A stretch of DNA of 64,000 bases from Trueperaceae bacterium (GTDB lineage: Bacteria; Deinococcota; Deinococci; Deinococcales; Trueperaceae), in assembly GCA_965214405.1 (NCBI GenBank), contig OZ243956.1, positions 2,816,001 to 2,880,000 of the forward strand, in the 5' to 3' direction. How positions within the stretch are numbered: position 1 is the first letter of the stretch; the number at the start of each line of letters is the position of its first letter. A model generated the notes under the pieces. It searched no databases and was not told the origin of the DNA. It worked only from the letters and a program-made list of their open reading frames with translations. Made by a program: the position numbers and the translations under genes. Of the stretch, positions 50,248-59,959 are shown piece after piece.

Positions 50248-51296
50248 CGGCCCCCAACACAACTCCAGACACAGCCCCCAAGGTAACGGTCTCTCCCCAG
50301 CGGGGCGTCGACAAACGCGCCAGCGCCAAGGGCGACTATCTTTTAGAGATTAAAAACCTGCGTAAATACTTTCCCATCCGCGGCGGCGTGTTCTCGCAGG
50401 TCGTGGGCAACGTCAAGGCGGTCGAGGACGTTTCTTTCACCATCAAACCCGGTGAAGTGGTGGGTTTGGTGGGCGAGTCGGGCTCGGGCAAGACGACCGC
50501 CGGGCGGACCATCCTGCGCCTTTTAGAGCCCACCGCGGGCGAGATTATTTTTGACGGGGTGGACGTTGCCAAACTTTCCAAGTCGCAGATGCGTGAATAC
50601 CGCAAAGAGATGCAGATCATCTTTCAGGACCCTTTCGCGTCCTTGAACCCGCGGATGACCGTCGGCGACATTATCGGTGAGGCGTTCCAGATTCACAACC
50701 TGGCGCGTGGGCGAGAGCGTGAGGAGAGGGTGGCGGATCTGCTCGAGCGCGTCGGCCTGTCGTCCTCGCACATGCGCCGCTACCCGCACGAGTTCTCGGG
50801 CGGTCAGCGCCAGCGTATCGGCATCGCCAGGGCGCTCGCCGTGGACCCGCAGTTCATCGTCGCCGACGAGCCCGTGTCCGCGCTCGACGTGTCGATTCAG
50901 GCGCAGGTCGTCAACTTGCTCCAGGACCTCAAGGAAGAACTGGGCTTAACCCTGCTTTTTATCGCGCACGATTTGGGCGTGGTCGAGTACATCTCGGACA
51001 AGGTCATCGTCATGTACTTGGGCCGCATCATGGAGGTCGCGCCCGCCAAGGAACTCTACGCGAACCCCGTTCATCCCTACACCGAGGCGCTGCTGTCGGC
51101 GGTGCCCATCCCCGACCCCACCGTCAAGCGCGAACGCGTGATTCTTCAGGGCGACATCCCCAGCCCCATCAACCCGCCCTCGGGCTGCGTGTTCCGCACC
51201 CGCTGCCCGCTGGCGATTGACGAGTGCGCCAAGGTGGTGCCGCCCTTGGAAGAGACCACCCCCGGTCACTTCAAGGCGTGTATTCGGAGGCCGTAG
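50244..51296 (+). CDS. ABC ATPase (OppF/DppF-like)
   Basis: [24 protein letters not shown] and HPYT motifs. Confidence 0.95.
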
Positions 51297-51432
51297 AAGG
51301 GCATTTCCTGACCTATCCAGTTTTTGAATCACTGTAACGATGCTGCGCGTGCGGCATCGTTTTGTGTGGTGCGTTCTAAAAGGGGACTGTTGCGAGGCTC
51401 GAGCCTTCCCCCAAACGCTTATTTCTTACGCT

Positions 51433-51639
51433 CTATTTCTTACGCCGCGGTGCCCAATAGAAGCTGGGGCGGCCATTACGAAAGTAGAAGTGCAAGCCAA
51501 ACGGTAACCGAAACGTTTTGGTAAACCCTTGCGTCCCGGCGCTCGTGTACCCGCCCTTTTTGTCATAAAAACCGATGTTGATGCCCCGGCGGCTAATCTC
51601 TAAAAATCTCCGCTTGCCGATGGGAATGCGGATGTACAT
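51433..51639 (-). CDS. Small basic beta-rich protein (DUF4236-like)
   Basis: GGAGG SD; MYIRIPIGKRRFLEISRRGINIG sequence. Confidence 0.55.
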   Translation of the reverse strand: MYIRIPIGKRRFLEISRRGINIGFYDKKGGYTSAGTQGFTKTFRLPFGLHFYFRNGRPSFYWAPRRKK

Positions 51640-51668
51640 GGTGCCTCCTGTCAACTGCATCATGAAAC

Positions 51669-51700
51669 GTGGGCTGGCTCAGTGATAGAAGCCAGCCCAC
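51669..51700. terminator. Hairpin after hslU
   Basis: GTGGGCTGGCT-N10-AGCCAGCCCAC. Confidence 0.65.
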
Positions 51701-51726
51701 ATAACGTATAAACCCCTAAGCCCGAC

Positions 51727-53046
51727 CTAAAGGACGTAGCGGCTCAAGTCTTCATCTTCGACGATGTCCTCGAGCTTGCGCCTCACATAGTCGCCGTCAA
51801 TCGTCACGGTGCCCAAGTTCGTGCCAAAAGACACGTCCTCCAACACCGTCTCCAGCACCGTGTGCAGCCTGCGCGCGCCGATGTCCTCGACCTCACTGTT
51901 GACGCGCTCGCTATATTCGGCGACCGCGACGATGCCCGTTTCGTCAAACTGGACGTGCGTCCCGTCGACCGCCAGGAGTTCGGTGTACTGCTTGGTGAGC
52001 GAGTGCTGCGGCTGGGTGAGGATACGCTGGAAATCCGAGGCGGTGAGTTCTTCCAACTCGACCCGGATGGGAAAGCGGCCCTGAAGTTCGGGGATGAGGT
52101 CGGAGGGCTTGGACACGTTGAACGCGCCCGCCGCGATAAAGAGCACGTGGTCGGTTTTGACCTGACCGTAACGGGTGTTGACCTGCGTGCCCTCGACGAC
52201 GGGCAAGAGGTCACGTTGGACGCCCTCGCCGGAAACGTCCGCGCCGCTCGAGTTGTCGTTCCCCGCCACCTTGTCGAGTTCGTCCAAAAAGACGATACCC
52301 GAGTTTTCGGCGCGGAAGATGGCCTCGTTGGAGACCTCGTCGCGGTCTACGAGCTTGTCGGCCTCCTCGCTTTGCAGGGCCTTACGCGCCTCGCGGACGC
52401 TCGTCTTGCGGCGCACGCGCTTTTTGGGCATGAAGTTCGAGAGCATGTCCTGAATGTTCGCGCCCATCTCCTCCATGCCGGGCATCATCATGGGGCTCGG
52501 GCGCTCGTCCTTGACTTCGATTTCGATGGGTCGCTCTTCCAATTTACCCGCGCGTAGAAGCTCGCGCATCTTATCGCGGCCCTCTTGCGTCCCGCCGGGC
52601 AGGAGGTAGTCGAGCAGGCGCTCCTCGGCGTTGTGCGCGGCGCGGTCCTGGACGCGCTCGAGCTTTTCCGCCTCGACCATCACGTAAGCCGCCTGCGCCA
52701 AGTCGCGGACGATGGACTCGACGTCGCGCCCGACGTAGCCGACCTCGGTAAACTTCGTCGCCTCGACCTTGATGAAGGGCGCTTTCGCCATCCGCGCGAG
52801 CCGCCGCGCGATTTCGGTTTTGCCAACGCCCGTGGGGCCAATCATCAGGATGTTTTTGGGCGTGACTTCCCGTTGAATCTCCTCGGGCAACTTGCGGCGG
52901 CGGTAGTGGTTACGCAGGGCCACCGCCACCGCGCGTTTGGCCTTGCTCTGGCCGATAATGTGCTTGTCGAGCTCGGCGACGATTTCTAGGGGTGTCAGGT
53001 CGAGCATGGGGCTGTCTTTGGGTGTTTGTACAAGGGTCTGACTCAT
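51727..53046 (-). CDS. hslU: HslU ATPase
   Basis: [24 protein letters not shown] and [13 protein letters not shown] motifs. Confidence 0.97.
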   Translation of the reverse strand: MSQTLVQTPKDSPMLDLTPLEIVAELDKHIIGQSKAKRAVAVALRNHYRRRKLPEEIQREVTPKNILMIGPTGVGKTEIARRLARMAKAPFIKVEATKFTEVGYVGRDVESIVRDLAQAAYVMVEAEKLERVQDRAAHNAEERLLDYLLPGGTQEGRDKMRELLRAGKLEERPIEIEVKDERPSPMMMPGMEEMGANIQDMLSNFMPKKRVRRKTSVREARKALQSEEADKLVDRDEVSNEAIFRAENSGIVFLDELDKVAGNDNSSGADVSGEGVQRDLLPVVEGTQVNTRYGQVKTDHVLFIAAGAFNVSKPSDLIPELQGRFPIRVELEELTASDFQRILTQPQHSLTKQYTELLAVDGTHVQFDETGIVAVAEYSERVNSEVEDIGARRLHTVLETVLEDVSFGTNLGTVTIDGDYVRRKLEDIVEDEDLSRYVL

Positions 53047-53636
53047 GATTCTCCGTTTTCGTTCGGTTCTCTGTCTGCGTCATCGTCCTCAGTTGTCTCA
53101 CCGCCGACCGTGAGCACGGTCGCGTTGCCGCTTGTGTAAATATCTATGTCGGCGGCGATTTGGATGGCTTTTCTGACAATCTCTTCGGCGCTTAAGCTTG
53201 TGTTTTTAAGAAGCGCGAGCGCGGCGGCCTGCGCGTAGGGTCCGCCGGAGCCCGTGGCGACCACGTTCTCATCGGGCGAGACCACGTCGCCCACGCCCGT
53301 CAGGAGGAGGATGCGTTCGCTGTCGACCGCGATAATCACGGCTTCCAAGTTCCTTAACATCCTGTCCGTGCGCCACTCCTTGACCGTTTCGACGGCGGAG
53401 CGTAGGAGGTTGTTTTTGTAGGAGGATAAGTAGCCCTCGAACTTTTCTAGGAGCGTAAAGGCGTCCGCGGTCGCGCCCGCGAAGCCCGCCAAGACCTCGC
53501 CGGAGCCCAACTCGCGCACCTTGACCGCGCCCCGCTTCATGATGGTGTCGCCCAGCGTCACCTGACCGTCCCCGGCAATCGCCGAGACGCCGTCCCTGTG
53601 AACCGCGACAATCGTTGTGCCGTGCATTCGTTCCAT
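53043..53636 (-). CDS. hslV: HslV protease
   Basis: [20 protein letters not shown] and GSGG motifs. Confidence 0.97.
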   Translation of the reverse strand: MERMHGTTIVAVHRDGVSAIAGDGQVTLGDTIMKRGAVKVRELGSGEVLAGFAGATADAFTLLEKFEGYLSSYKNNLLRSAVETVKEWRTDRMLRNLEAVIIAVDSERILLLTGVGDVVSPDENVVATGSGGPYAQAAALALLKNTSLSAEEIVRKAIQIAADIDIYTSGNATVLTVGGETTEDDDADREPNENGES

Positions 53637-53699
53637 ATAGGCGCAATGGTATCAGGCTGGGTTCAAAGGTATGTAAGGCAGGTTCCGCAGGGGGTTATG

Positions 53700-54113
53700 T
53701 CAAATAACCTCTAAGACCGCCTCGCATTTACCCCACTCGAGCGCCTCCTCACGCGTCTGGACCCAGATATCCACATGATTGGTTCGGCGCGGGTGCATCG
53801 TGTCTTGCACCTCCAGAACCATACCGGGGTTCCAACCGCCGCAGGCGTTCGCCTCGCTGTTAACTTCAACCACGCGGAGTTCGGTGCCGTAGGGAAGTTT
53901 GTCGTTGAGTAGGTCGCGGCTTACCGCCACAACGCCGGGGCCGACCTCCTCGCCCGTCGCGGTGATGGTGGGCGTGCTATCGGTCTGCGCCGCCTCGGAC
54001 GAATACGCGGTCATGGTGACCTCGAGCGTTTGCGCAAACGAAAACGAGAGCGCTAAGAGAATGGAACAGATTAAACTCCTGAATGTAATGTTCAATGTAA
54101 TATACCGGAGCAT
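53700..54113 (-). CDS. Secreted 3D-domain protein (lytic transglycosylase-like)
   Basis: TAYSS..QTD.TP.ITA.G, VAVSRDL and DTM..R..N.VD motifs; GAGGAGG SD. Confidence 0.85.
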   Translation of the reverse strand: MLRYITLNITFRSLICSILLALSFSFAQTLEVTMTAYSSEAAQTDSTPTITATGEEVGPGVVAVSRDLLNDKLPYGTELRVVEVNSEANACGGWNPGMVLEVQDTMHPRRTNHVDIWVQTREEALEWGKCEAVLEVI

Positions 54114-54348
54114 TTTATGCCTCCTCAAATAGATGAGCTTTGGGTTCTTTCTCGAGTCACCAAACACTATGTGACTTTCTTTACCTTTGCTAGTTAAGCA
54201 CATCTTCATGAAGATGATTGTCTCGTGAGAACCATTTTCTGCGAACATGTCCCATGAGCAAAAGGTGGGCCGCTCCGCCTCTCTCCATCTCCCGGTCTTG
54301 CCTCCCGGCCTTCCCATCTCCCTTTCCCCAATGCGTTAGCATAGTCTC

Positions 54349-54975
54349 ATGCCTTATCTTTTTGGAGGGGGCTGGACGGAGCTTATCGTCGGCCCCATGT
54401 TTTCGGGAAAATCAGAAGAACTCATCCGCCGCACCACCCGCGCCCTGATTGCCAAACAGCGGGTGCAGGTGTTCAAACCCGGCTTAGACGCCCGCTACAA
54501 CGCGCGCTGCGTGGCCTCGCATAACGGCAGGACGTTAGACGCGCAGGCGGTGGAGAGCGTGGCGGACATTCGGGCGGGGCTTGAAGACGCGACCCAGGTC
54601 GTCGCCATCGACGAAGCGCAGTTTCTCTCGCACGAGCTTGTGGCGCTTTCCGAGGAGCTGGCCGACGCGGGGGCGCGCGTCATCATCGCGGGGCTCGACT
54701 TAGACTTTCGCGGCGAACCCTTTGGCCCCATGCCCGAGCTTCTGGCGAGGGCGGAGCGGGTAGACAAACTCACCGCCATCTGCCGCTGCGGCCGCGCCGC
54801 CACCCGCACCCAGCGCCTCATCGGCGGGCACCCCGCACACGCCGACGACCCCATCATCTTAGTGGGTGCCGCGGAGTCTTACGAGCCGCGCTGCCGCGAA
54901 TGTCACGCGGTCATCCGGCACGAACGCGTCACGCCGCTTTTTCCCGCCAAGGCTGCCGCCGAACTTATGGGTTAG
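54349..54975 (+). CDS. tdk: Thymidine kinase
   Basis: [24 protein letters not shown] and YEPRCRECH motifs. Confidence 0.96.
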   Translation: MPYLFGGGWTELIVGPMFSGKSEELIRRTTRALIAKQRVQVFKPGLDARYNARCVASHNGRTLDAQAVESVADIRAGLEDATQVVAIDEAQFLSHELVALSEELADAGARVIIAGLDLDFRGEPFGPMPELLARAERVDKLTAICRCGRAATRTQRLIGGHPAHADDPIILVGAAESYEPRCRECHAVIRHERVTPLFPAKAAAELMG

Positions 54976-55032
54976 CGGCTACACCCACACATCCGGTTCC
55001 CGCTTGGTCATACTTTTTTCTGGGAGGGTGCT

Positions 55033-55236
55033 ATGGACGACTCGAGAGACCACTGGCCGCAAGACGATGAAGCGTCTCGTGATGTGTACAAGAGCACGCT
55101 TGACGAGGACGATGACGCGTACGAAGAGGATGAGCTTTATAAGGACGACCTTGAGGGGGACGACGAGCTTTACGAGGACGAACTAGAAGAGGGTGAAGAC
55201 CTCTACGAAGGTGACCTTGATGACGAAGATGAGTGA
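55033..55236 (+). CDS. Small highly acidic protein
   Basis: GGAGG SD; D/E-rich with repeated LY(E/K)D(D/E)LE units. Confidence 0.6.
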   Translation: MDDSRDHWPQDDEASRDVYKSTLDEDDDAYEEDELYKDDLEGDDELYEDELEEGEDLYEGDLDDEDE

Positions 55237-55252
55237 CGAGGACGACTAAAAG

Positions 55253-55486
55253 CTAATCTAAGGACGGCTCGAGCCTCGCCAGCATCTCTCTTAGTTTTGC
55301 CGCCGCCACGCCTCTGAGCCTCACGCTCTCGGACTTGAGCGCGTGCAGGCTCGTCTGCTCGACGGGGGCGTCAAAGGCGGCGGCGGCTTCCGTCTCGGCC
55401 TCGAGCCGGTCCAAGAGTACGCGGTAGCGCTCGTTAAGCCCTTCTAACGCGTCCAAGTCGTCCATACTGATGAGGTCGCGGTCCAT
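55253..55486 (-). CDS. Hypothetical small helical protein
   Basis: ORF directly downstream of 55501..55725. Confidence 0.5.
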   Translation of the reverse strand: MDRDLISMDDLDALEGLNERYRVLLDRLEAETEAAAAFDAPVEQTSLHALKSESVRLRGVAAAKLREMLARLEPSLD

Positions 55487-55500
55487 CCCCGGATTAAATG

Positions 55501-55725
55501 TTACGGGTAAGACTCGTGCGTGGGGTTGTCGGCTCCCGTGGAGGCGAGCCTCTCGAGCGCGTCCACCTCGGCTCTAAGTCTATAAACGTAGTTAAGCATC
55601 CACCCCAGGTCGCCATCCAGCTCTTTGGACCCTAGCTCCCGGAGGATGCCCTGAATGAGTTGAAGGTGGTCAGCTACCTTGCTCGCCTTGTTTTCATTTC
55701 CAGTAGCATTTTCGGTATCGCTCAT
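55501..55725 (-). CDS. Hypothetical small protein
   Basis: GGAGG SD before ATG 55725. Confidence 0.55.
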   Translation of the reverse strand: MSDTENATGNENKASKVADHLQLIQGILRELGSKELDGDLGWMLNYVYRLRAEVDALERLASTGADNPTHESYP

Positions 55726-55819
55726 GGTCCCTCCCGTATAAGACAAATTAGCACAGCGCGTTACCAAAAAGCGTTCTAAGGGCGCAAAAAGCCTCTTTTT
55801 TCAAGCCTTTGACCGCCAC

Positions 55820-57103
55820 TCAGGGCTGCAACCGGCTCCCGTCCCGCGGAAAGGCGCGCGCGAACCTCACGTTAGAAATGCCCAGCAGAAGCGCGGTGAT
55901 GCGCTCCGCCCCGATGGCGAAACCGCCGTGGGGGGGCATCCCGTATTTGAAAACTTCGAGGTAGCCCCGGAACTTTTCAGGGTCCATCCGGCGTTTCTGA
56001 AGCTCCTCGACCAGCACGCTATGCTCGTGAATCCGCTGCCCGCCCGAACTGATTTCGACGCCCCTAAAGATTAAGTCCAAACCTCGCGTCAACCCGTCGG
56101 GGGTCGGGTAGGTGTAAAAGGGCCGCGCGGCCTGCGGGTAGTGTGTGACAAAAACGAAGTCCGAGCCGTGCTCCTCTTTGGCCCAGCGCCCTATGAGGCG
56201 TTCTGCTTCGGGGTCTAGGTCTTTACCGCCCGTTTGATGACCGTAGCGGTCCCTGACGAGGTCTCGCGCCTCGAGCAGCCGAATCCGCGGAAACGGTCCG
56301 CTCATGGCGGGAGCTTCGGCCCCCAGAAGCTCCATCTGAGGCCCGCAATGCTCCACAACGTGCGCCATCATGCTTTTTACAAGCGCCTCCTGCATGTCCA
56401 TCACCTCGCCGTCGTTCTCGATAAAGCCCATCTCCACGTCGAGACTCAAGTATTCGGACAGGTGACGGCTCGTGTGCGAGAGTTCGGCGCGGTAGACGGG
56501 GGCGGTCTCATAGACGCGCTCGAAGACGCCCATCATGATTTGCTTGTAGAGCTGCGGCGACTGCGCCAGATAGGCGCGCTTGCCGTAGTAGTCCACTTCG
56601 AACAGGTTCGCGCCCCCCTCGGCCCCCGCTGCGACGATTTTGGGCGAGAAGATTTCGGTAAAGTTTTGTTCGTTTAGGTAGTCCCGAAACGCCCTCACAA
56701 GTTCCGCCTGCACCTTCATGGTGGCCCGCGCCTTGAGGCCGCGCAGCGACACGTGGCGGTACTCCAAAAGCGTGTCCGGGTTCGCGGTCCAGTCCTCTTT
56801 GGGGATTTCAATGGGGGCGGGCTCGAGCGCCTCCGAAATCTCTTCCAATGTGGTTGCCTGAATCTCAAACCCTCCAGGCGCTTTTCTACTCTCCACCACC
56901 CGCCCCGCCACGCGCACGGAACTCTCATTCAGAGGGACGCGCGCGCCTTCAAACACGCACTGGACCACGCCCGTGCGGTCGCGCAGGAGGAGGAACTGGA
57001 CGCCGCCTAAGTCGCGGCGGTTGTGAACCCAGCCTTGTAGAGTCACGTCTTGGCCCGCAAGCGTGGGCAGTTCGGCGGCGAAGGTGCGGACGGGGGTGGA
57101 CAT
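55820..57103 (-). CDS. aspS2: Non-discriminating aspartyl-tRNA synthetase (Asp/Asn), short archaeal type
   Basis: 427 aa without the bacterial GAD insert; GWVH (His) and KAPGG (Pro) non-discriminating determinants; LAQSPQLYKQ and YGMPPHGG motifs. Confidence 0.93.
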   Translation of the reverse strand: MSTPVRTFAAELPTLAGQDVTLQGWVHNRRDLGGVQFLLLRDRTGVVQCVFEGARVPLNESSVRVAGRVVESRKAPGGFEIQATTLEEISEALEPAPIEIPKEDWTANPDTLLEYRHVSLRGLKARATMKVQAELVRAFRDYLNEQNFTEIFSPKIVAAGAEGGANLFEVDYYGKRAYLAQSPQLYKQIMMGVFERVYETAPVYRAELSHTSRHLSEYLSLDVEMGFIENDGEVMDMQEALVKSMMAHVVEHCGPQMELLGAEAPAMSGPFPRIRLLEARDLVRDRYGHQTGGKDLDPEAERLIGRWAKEEHGSDFVFVTHYPQAARPFYTYPTPDGLTRGLDLIFRGVEISSGGQRIHEHSVLVEELQKRRMDPEKFRGYLEVFKYGMPPHGGFAIGAERITALLLGISNVRFARAFPRDGSRLQP

Positions 57104-57139
57104 GGCGGGCTCCTAAAACGCGTCTCGGCGCGAGACGGC

Positions 57140-57168
57140 AAAAAAAATCCCGAGGATGAGCCTCGGGG
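57140..57168 (-). terminator. Attenuator terminator in the aspS leader
   Basis: CCCGAGG-CUCAU-CCUCGGG-A-U8, ending about 36 nt before the aspS ATG. Confidence 0.85.
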
Positions 57169-57190
57169 ACAAACGCGGCGGTAAGTAACG

Positions 57191-57247
57191 CTACGCCCCG
57201 AGCCCCTCCAAATTATCGTCGTTGGCGTGGGGGGCGGGCGTCGTCAT
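57191..57247 (-). CDS. aspS leader peptide MTTPAPHANDDNLEGLGA
   Basis: 18-codon uORF with consecutive AAC GAC GAT AAT codons (57223-57212). Confidence 0.75.
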   Translation of the reverse strand: MTTPAPHANDDNLEGLGA

Positions 57248-57255
57248 TGCCGGGT

Positions 57256-57285
57256 ATCGTAGCAGGGGGCGGGCGGGGATGTCAA
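57256..57285 (-). promoter_or_regulatory. Sigma70-type promoter of the aspS leader
   Basis: TTGACA-N18-TACGAT with extended TGn, 8 nt before the leader ATG. Confidence 0.8.
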
Positions 57286-57301
57286 CGTTAGTGCGGGGGT
57301 A

Positions 57302-58678
57302 GGGTGCAACATTGCTAAAGGGGATAGAAAAGGAGCTATAGGGGAAGTAAACTGGCGCATGGACAAGCCAGGCTGGGAAGAGAAAGCAAGGGCGGCATTC
57401 GAGAGGTATATCGAGGACATAAAGGCGACCCTGCCGCCGAACGCCAACTTTGCGGATATGGAAAGGGCGGTAATGAAGTTTTCGCCCGAGATCATGCGGA
57501 GTACCTTAGAAGGTTTGGCGGCTTCTAAAGATTTTTCCCCCGGAGAAGAAAGAAGTACCTAAAGGCTACTGGCGCAACGGCGTCGGTTGGAGTTATGTCA
57601 GTACAAGCTGGGGCCGAGTCGAAGTTTTAGTTCAACGTCTGAAAACTAAAGCCGGTAAGCAGCGGCAAATCTATCTCGATGCGGCGTTGGACGAATCAGG
57701 CTGGAGTCCTGAAGCTTTGGTGCGTCTGGTTGACTTGGGCACACGCTTACCCTATGAAGAGGCCGCGGCTGTGGCACAGTGCTTCGGTCTTGACGCCAGT
57801 CGTTTCTTGCTCAACGACATGAGCGCGGCTTGTGCCGAGAGCTGCCAAAGCGAGGTGTTGAAGCGGCTTCAAGGCGCAGAGGGCAAAACGGACAAGGTGT
57901 GCGAGGAAACCCGACCCCAGTCAATGAAGTCGGCAGGCCGCGTGATGGTTTTGCAGGTTGACGGCGTGTACGTGTTGGCTCAGCCTGAAGCGGGTTGTTG
58001 CCCCGGCCTAGAGATAAAGTCAGCCGTGCTTTATCCACAAAACAGCCCCGGCGAGAGGTGGATGCTAGCCGACAGATGTTCGGCAGAGGCGTTCTTACCC
58101 CTGCTGGCCGGTCTACTTACGGAAGCCAAGCTCACGCCCCAAGACACCCTTATCGGCTTAGGCGACGGCGCAGCTTGGATTGACACCATCTTTAGCTACT
58201 TAGGCGCGCTGAGAATTACCGATGTTTATCACGCCGCTGAGTATCTCGACCTTGTCATGCAAGCTATGGACTGGGATGAACAAACGCGCGCTTCTCACAG
58301 GCGAGACTGGTACAGGGCTGATATCTCCGCTCGGGACTGGCTTAAACAGCATCTACCCAGCCCTGAATGCTGGCTCACCTGGAGCGAGAAGGCCGTCACA
58401 GCTCTTCACTACCTTGAGAAACGCCTCGACTCTATGGACTACCCCCTTTACAAAGCCGAAGGCTACCCCATCGGCTCCGGTCAAGTTGAAGGGATGAACA
58501 AAAGCGTTATCGGAAACCGCCTGAAAAGAAGCGGTATGCGTTGGTCTGAAACGGGCGCCGCTGGCATGGCCTCCTTAAGAGCCCAAACTTGTGCCAAGCA
58601 TCCGCTCATTGACTTTGACACCTTACGCTTCAACGCCTTTTCCCTTGCTGCTTTATCCCCGTAGGAAATGTTGCACCC
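57302..58678 (+). mobile_element. ISKra4/ISLre2-like insertion sequence (1377 bp)
   Basis: IRs GGGTGCAACATTGCTA and TAGGAAATGTTGCACCC; 9-bp target duplication GCGGGGGTA at 57293-57301 and 58679-58687. Confidence 0.93.
57359..58664 (+). CDS. Transposase split across two frames at a T5C5 run
   Basis: ORF1 57359-57562; second frame open from about 57531 with STSWGRVEV, VDG, GDGAAWI, DVYHAAE and IGSGQVEG. Confidence 0.8.
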
Positions 58679-58826
58679 GCGGGGGTAGAGAGCGGGGGAG
58701 GTAGGGAGAGGGGGAGAGGTCACGCTCTTTACCTCACCGGGTTGCTTGCTCGAGCCCTGACTTAACCGTAAAATCTGTTTTATGCGCCCAACCCCCTCCG
58801 AACGCTCTGTCAGCACCGACTAAACC

Positions 58827-59762
58827 ATGCCGATTTTTCGTGTTGAAAACCGCTCCCTTACGCCCATCGAGCAGCATAACTTTCAGCAGGAGAAGGAGCT
58901 GCAAGCACTGATTGAAGCGAACCTCGGTGTAGTCTTCAACTGCCGTTTCGTGGCGTCCGAGTTTTCAACCGGAGCCGTCCATGCTGGCAGGATTGACACG
59001 CTCGCTCTATCGGAAGACAACAACCCAATTATCCTTGAGTACAAGAAGACCGAGTCGTCCGAACTCATCAATCAGAGCCTGTTCTATCTTCACTGGCTCC
59101 ACGACCACCGAGGCGACTTTGAAATCGCGGTTCAGCGGGCGCTCGGCTCCGCGGCGGAGGTGGACTGGTCCGACATCCGCGTTATTTGCATCGCGCCGAA
59201 CTTCAAAAAGTACGACATTCACGCGGTGCAGGTTATGGGGGCAAACATCGAGCTTTGGAAGTACAGGTTGTTTGAGAACAGCACCTTGTACTTGGAGGAG
59301 GTGTTTCAGAAGACGGTGTCGGCCAGCACGTCACTTGGTGGCGATGGTAAAGACCCGGTGATGGTCGCAGCCGGAAAGAAAGCCGCCGTAACTCGAGCGA
59401 CGGCAACCTACACATTTGAAGAGCACCTTGAAGGGAAACCGGAGGGAGTAAAAAGCCTCACGCTCGCGGTTCAGGAGTACATCATGAACCTTGACGCCGC
59501 TTTCGAAGAGGCTCCAAAAAAGCTCTACATCGCGTACAAAATTTCTCAAAACATTGTGTGCGTTGAGGTGCAACGTCAGAAGCTTTTAGTGTACTTGAAA
59601 CTTGACCCGAACAGCGTTTCTCCGTTGCCGCAGAACGCACGCGACGTGAGTAAAATCGGACACTTTGGCACGGGCGACTTTGAACTCTCGGTTTCGACAG
59701 AGGAAGACGTGGAAGCGGCCAAACCATACATTGAGATGGCGTACCGGCGCGTTGGTGGGTGA
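58827..59762 (+). CDS. NucS/DUF91-like PD-(D/E)xK nuclease fused to a DUF5655-like domain
   Basis: EKELQ, GRIDTLA, ILEYK and INQSLFY motifs; C-terminal KLYIAYK...IGHFGTGD. Confidence 0.8.
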   Translation: MPIFRVENRSLTPIEQHNFQQEKELQALIEANLGVVFNCRFVASEFSTGAVHAGRIDTLALSEDNNPIILEYKKTESSELINQSLFYLHWLHDHRGDFEIAVQRALGSAAEVDWSDIRVICIAPNFKKYDIHAVQVMGANIELWKYRLFENSTLYLEEVFQKTVSASTSLGGDGKDPVMVAAGKKAAVTRATATYTFEEHLEGKPEGVKSLTLAVQEYIMNLDAAFEEAPKKLYIAYKISQNIVCVEVQRQKLLVYLKLDPNSVSPLPQNARDVSKIGHFGTGDFELSVSTEEDVEAAKPYIEMAYRRVGG

Positions 59763-59959
59763 AAAATTCTTCTCAGTTAGCATGTTTTGGTGGAGACGCG
59801 GGTTCGGGGATTGGCTCGAGCCCTGACACACCCATAAAATCCGCATTGTAAAAACAGTGTAAAATTCGTCCTCATGGGCTTTATCTTTCGTCCAACCCGC
59901 CAAAAGATCACAGTGCGCACTGACAACTTTCAGTCTTGCCTTTACACTCTCCTTAAATC

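Noticed and set aside
54114..54348. c-di-AMP (ydaO) riboswitch before the 3D-domain gene
   Set aside because: The conserved ydaO sequence blocks were not seen
57104..57260. T-box riboswitch upstream of aspS
   Set aside because: No T-box UGGNACC bulge motif or stem I, and the leader is too short; a leader-peptide attenuator fits better
59763..59959. Purine or ZTP riboswitch before purQ
   Set aside because: No recognisable aptamer core, and a -10-like TACACT lies only 11 nt before the ATG
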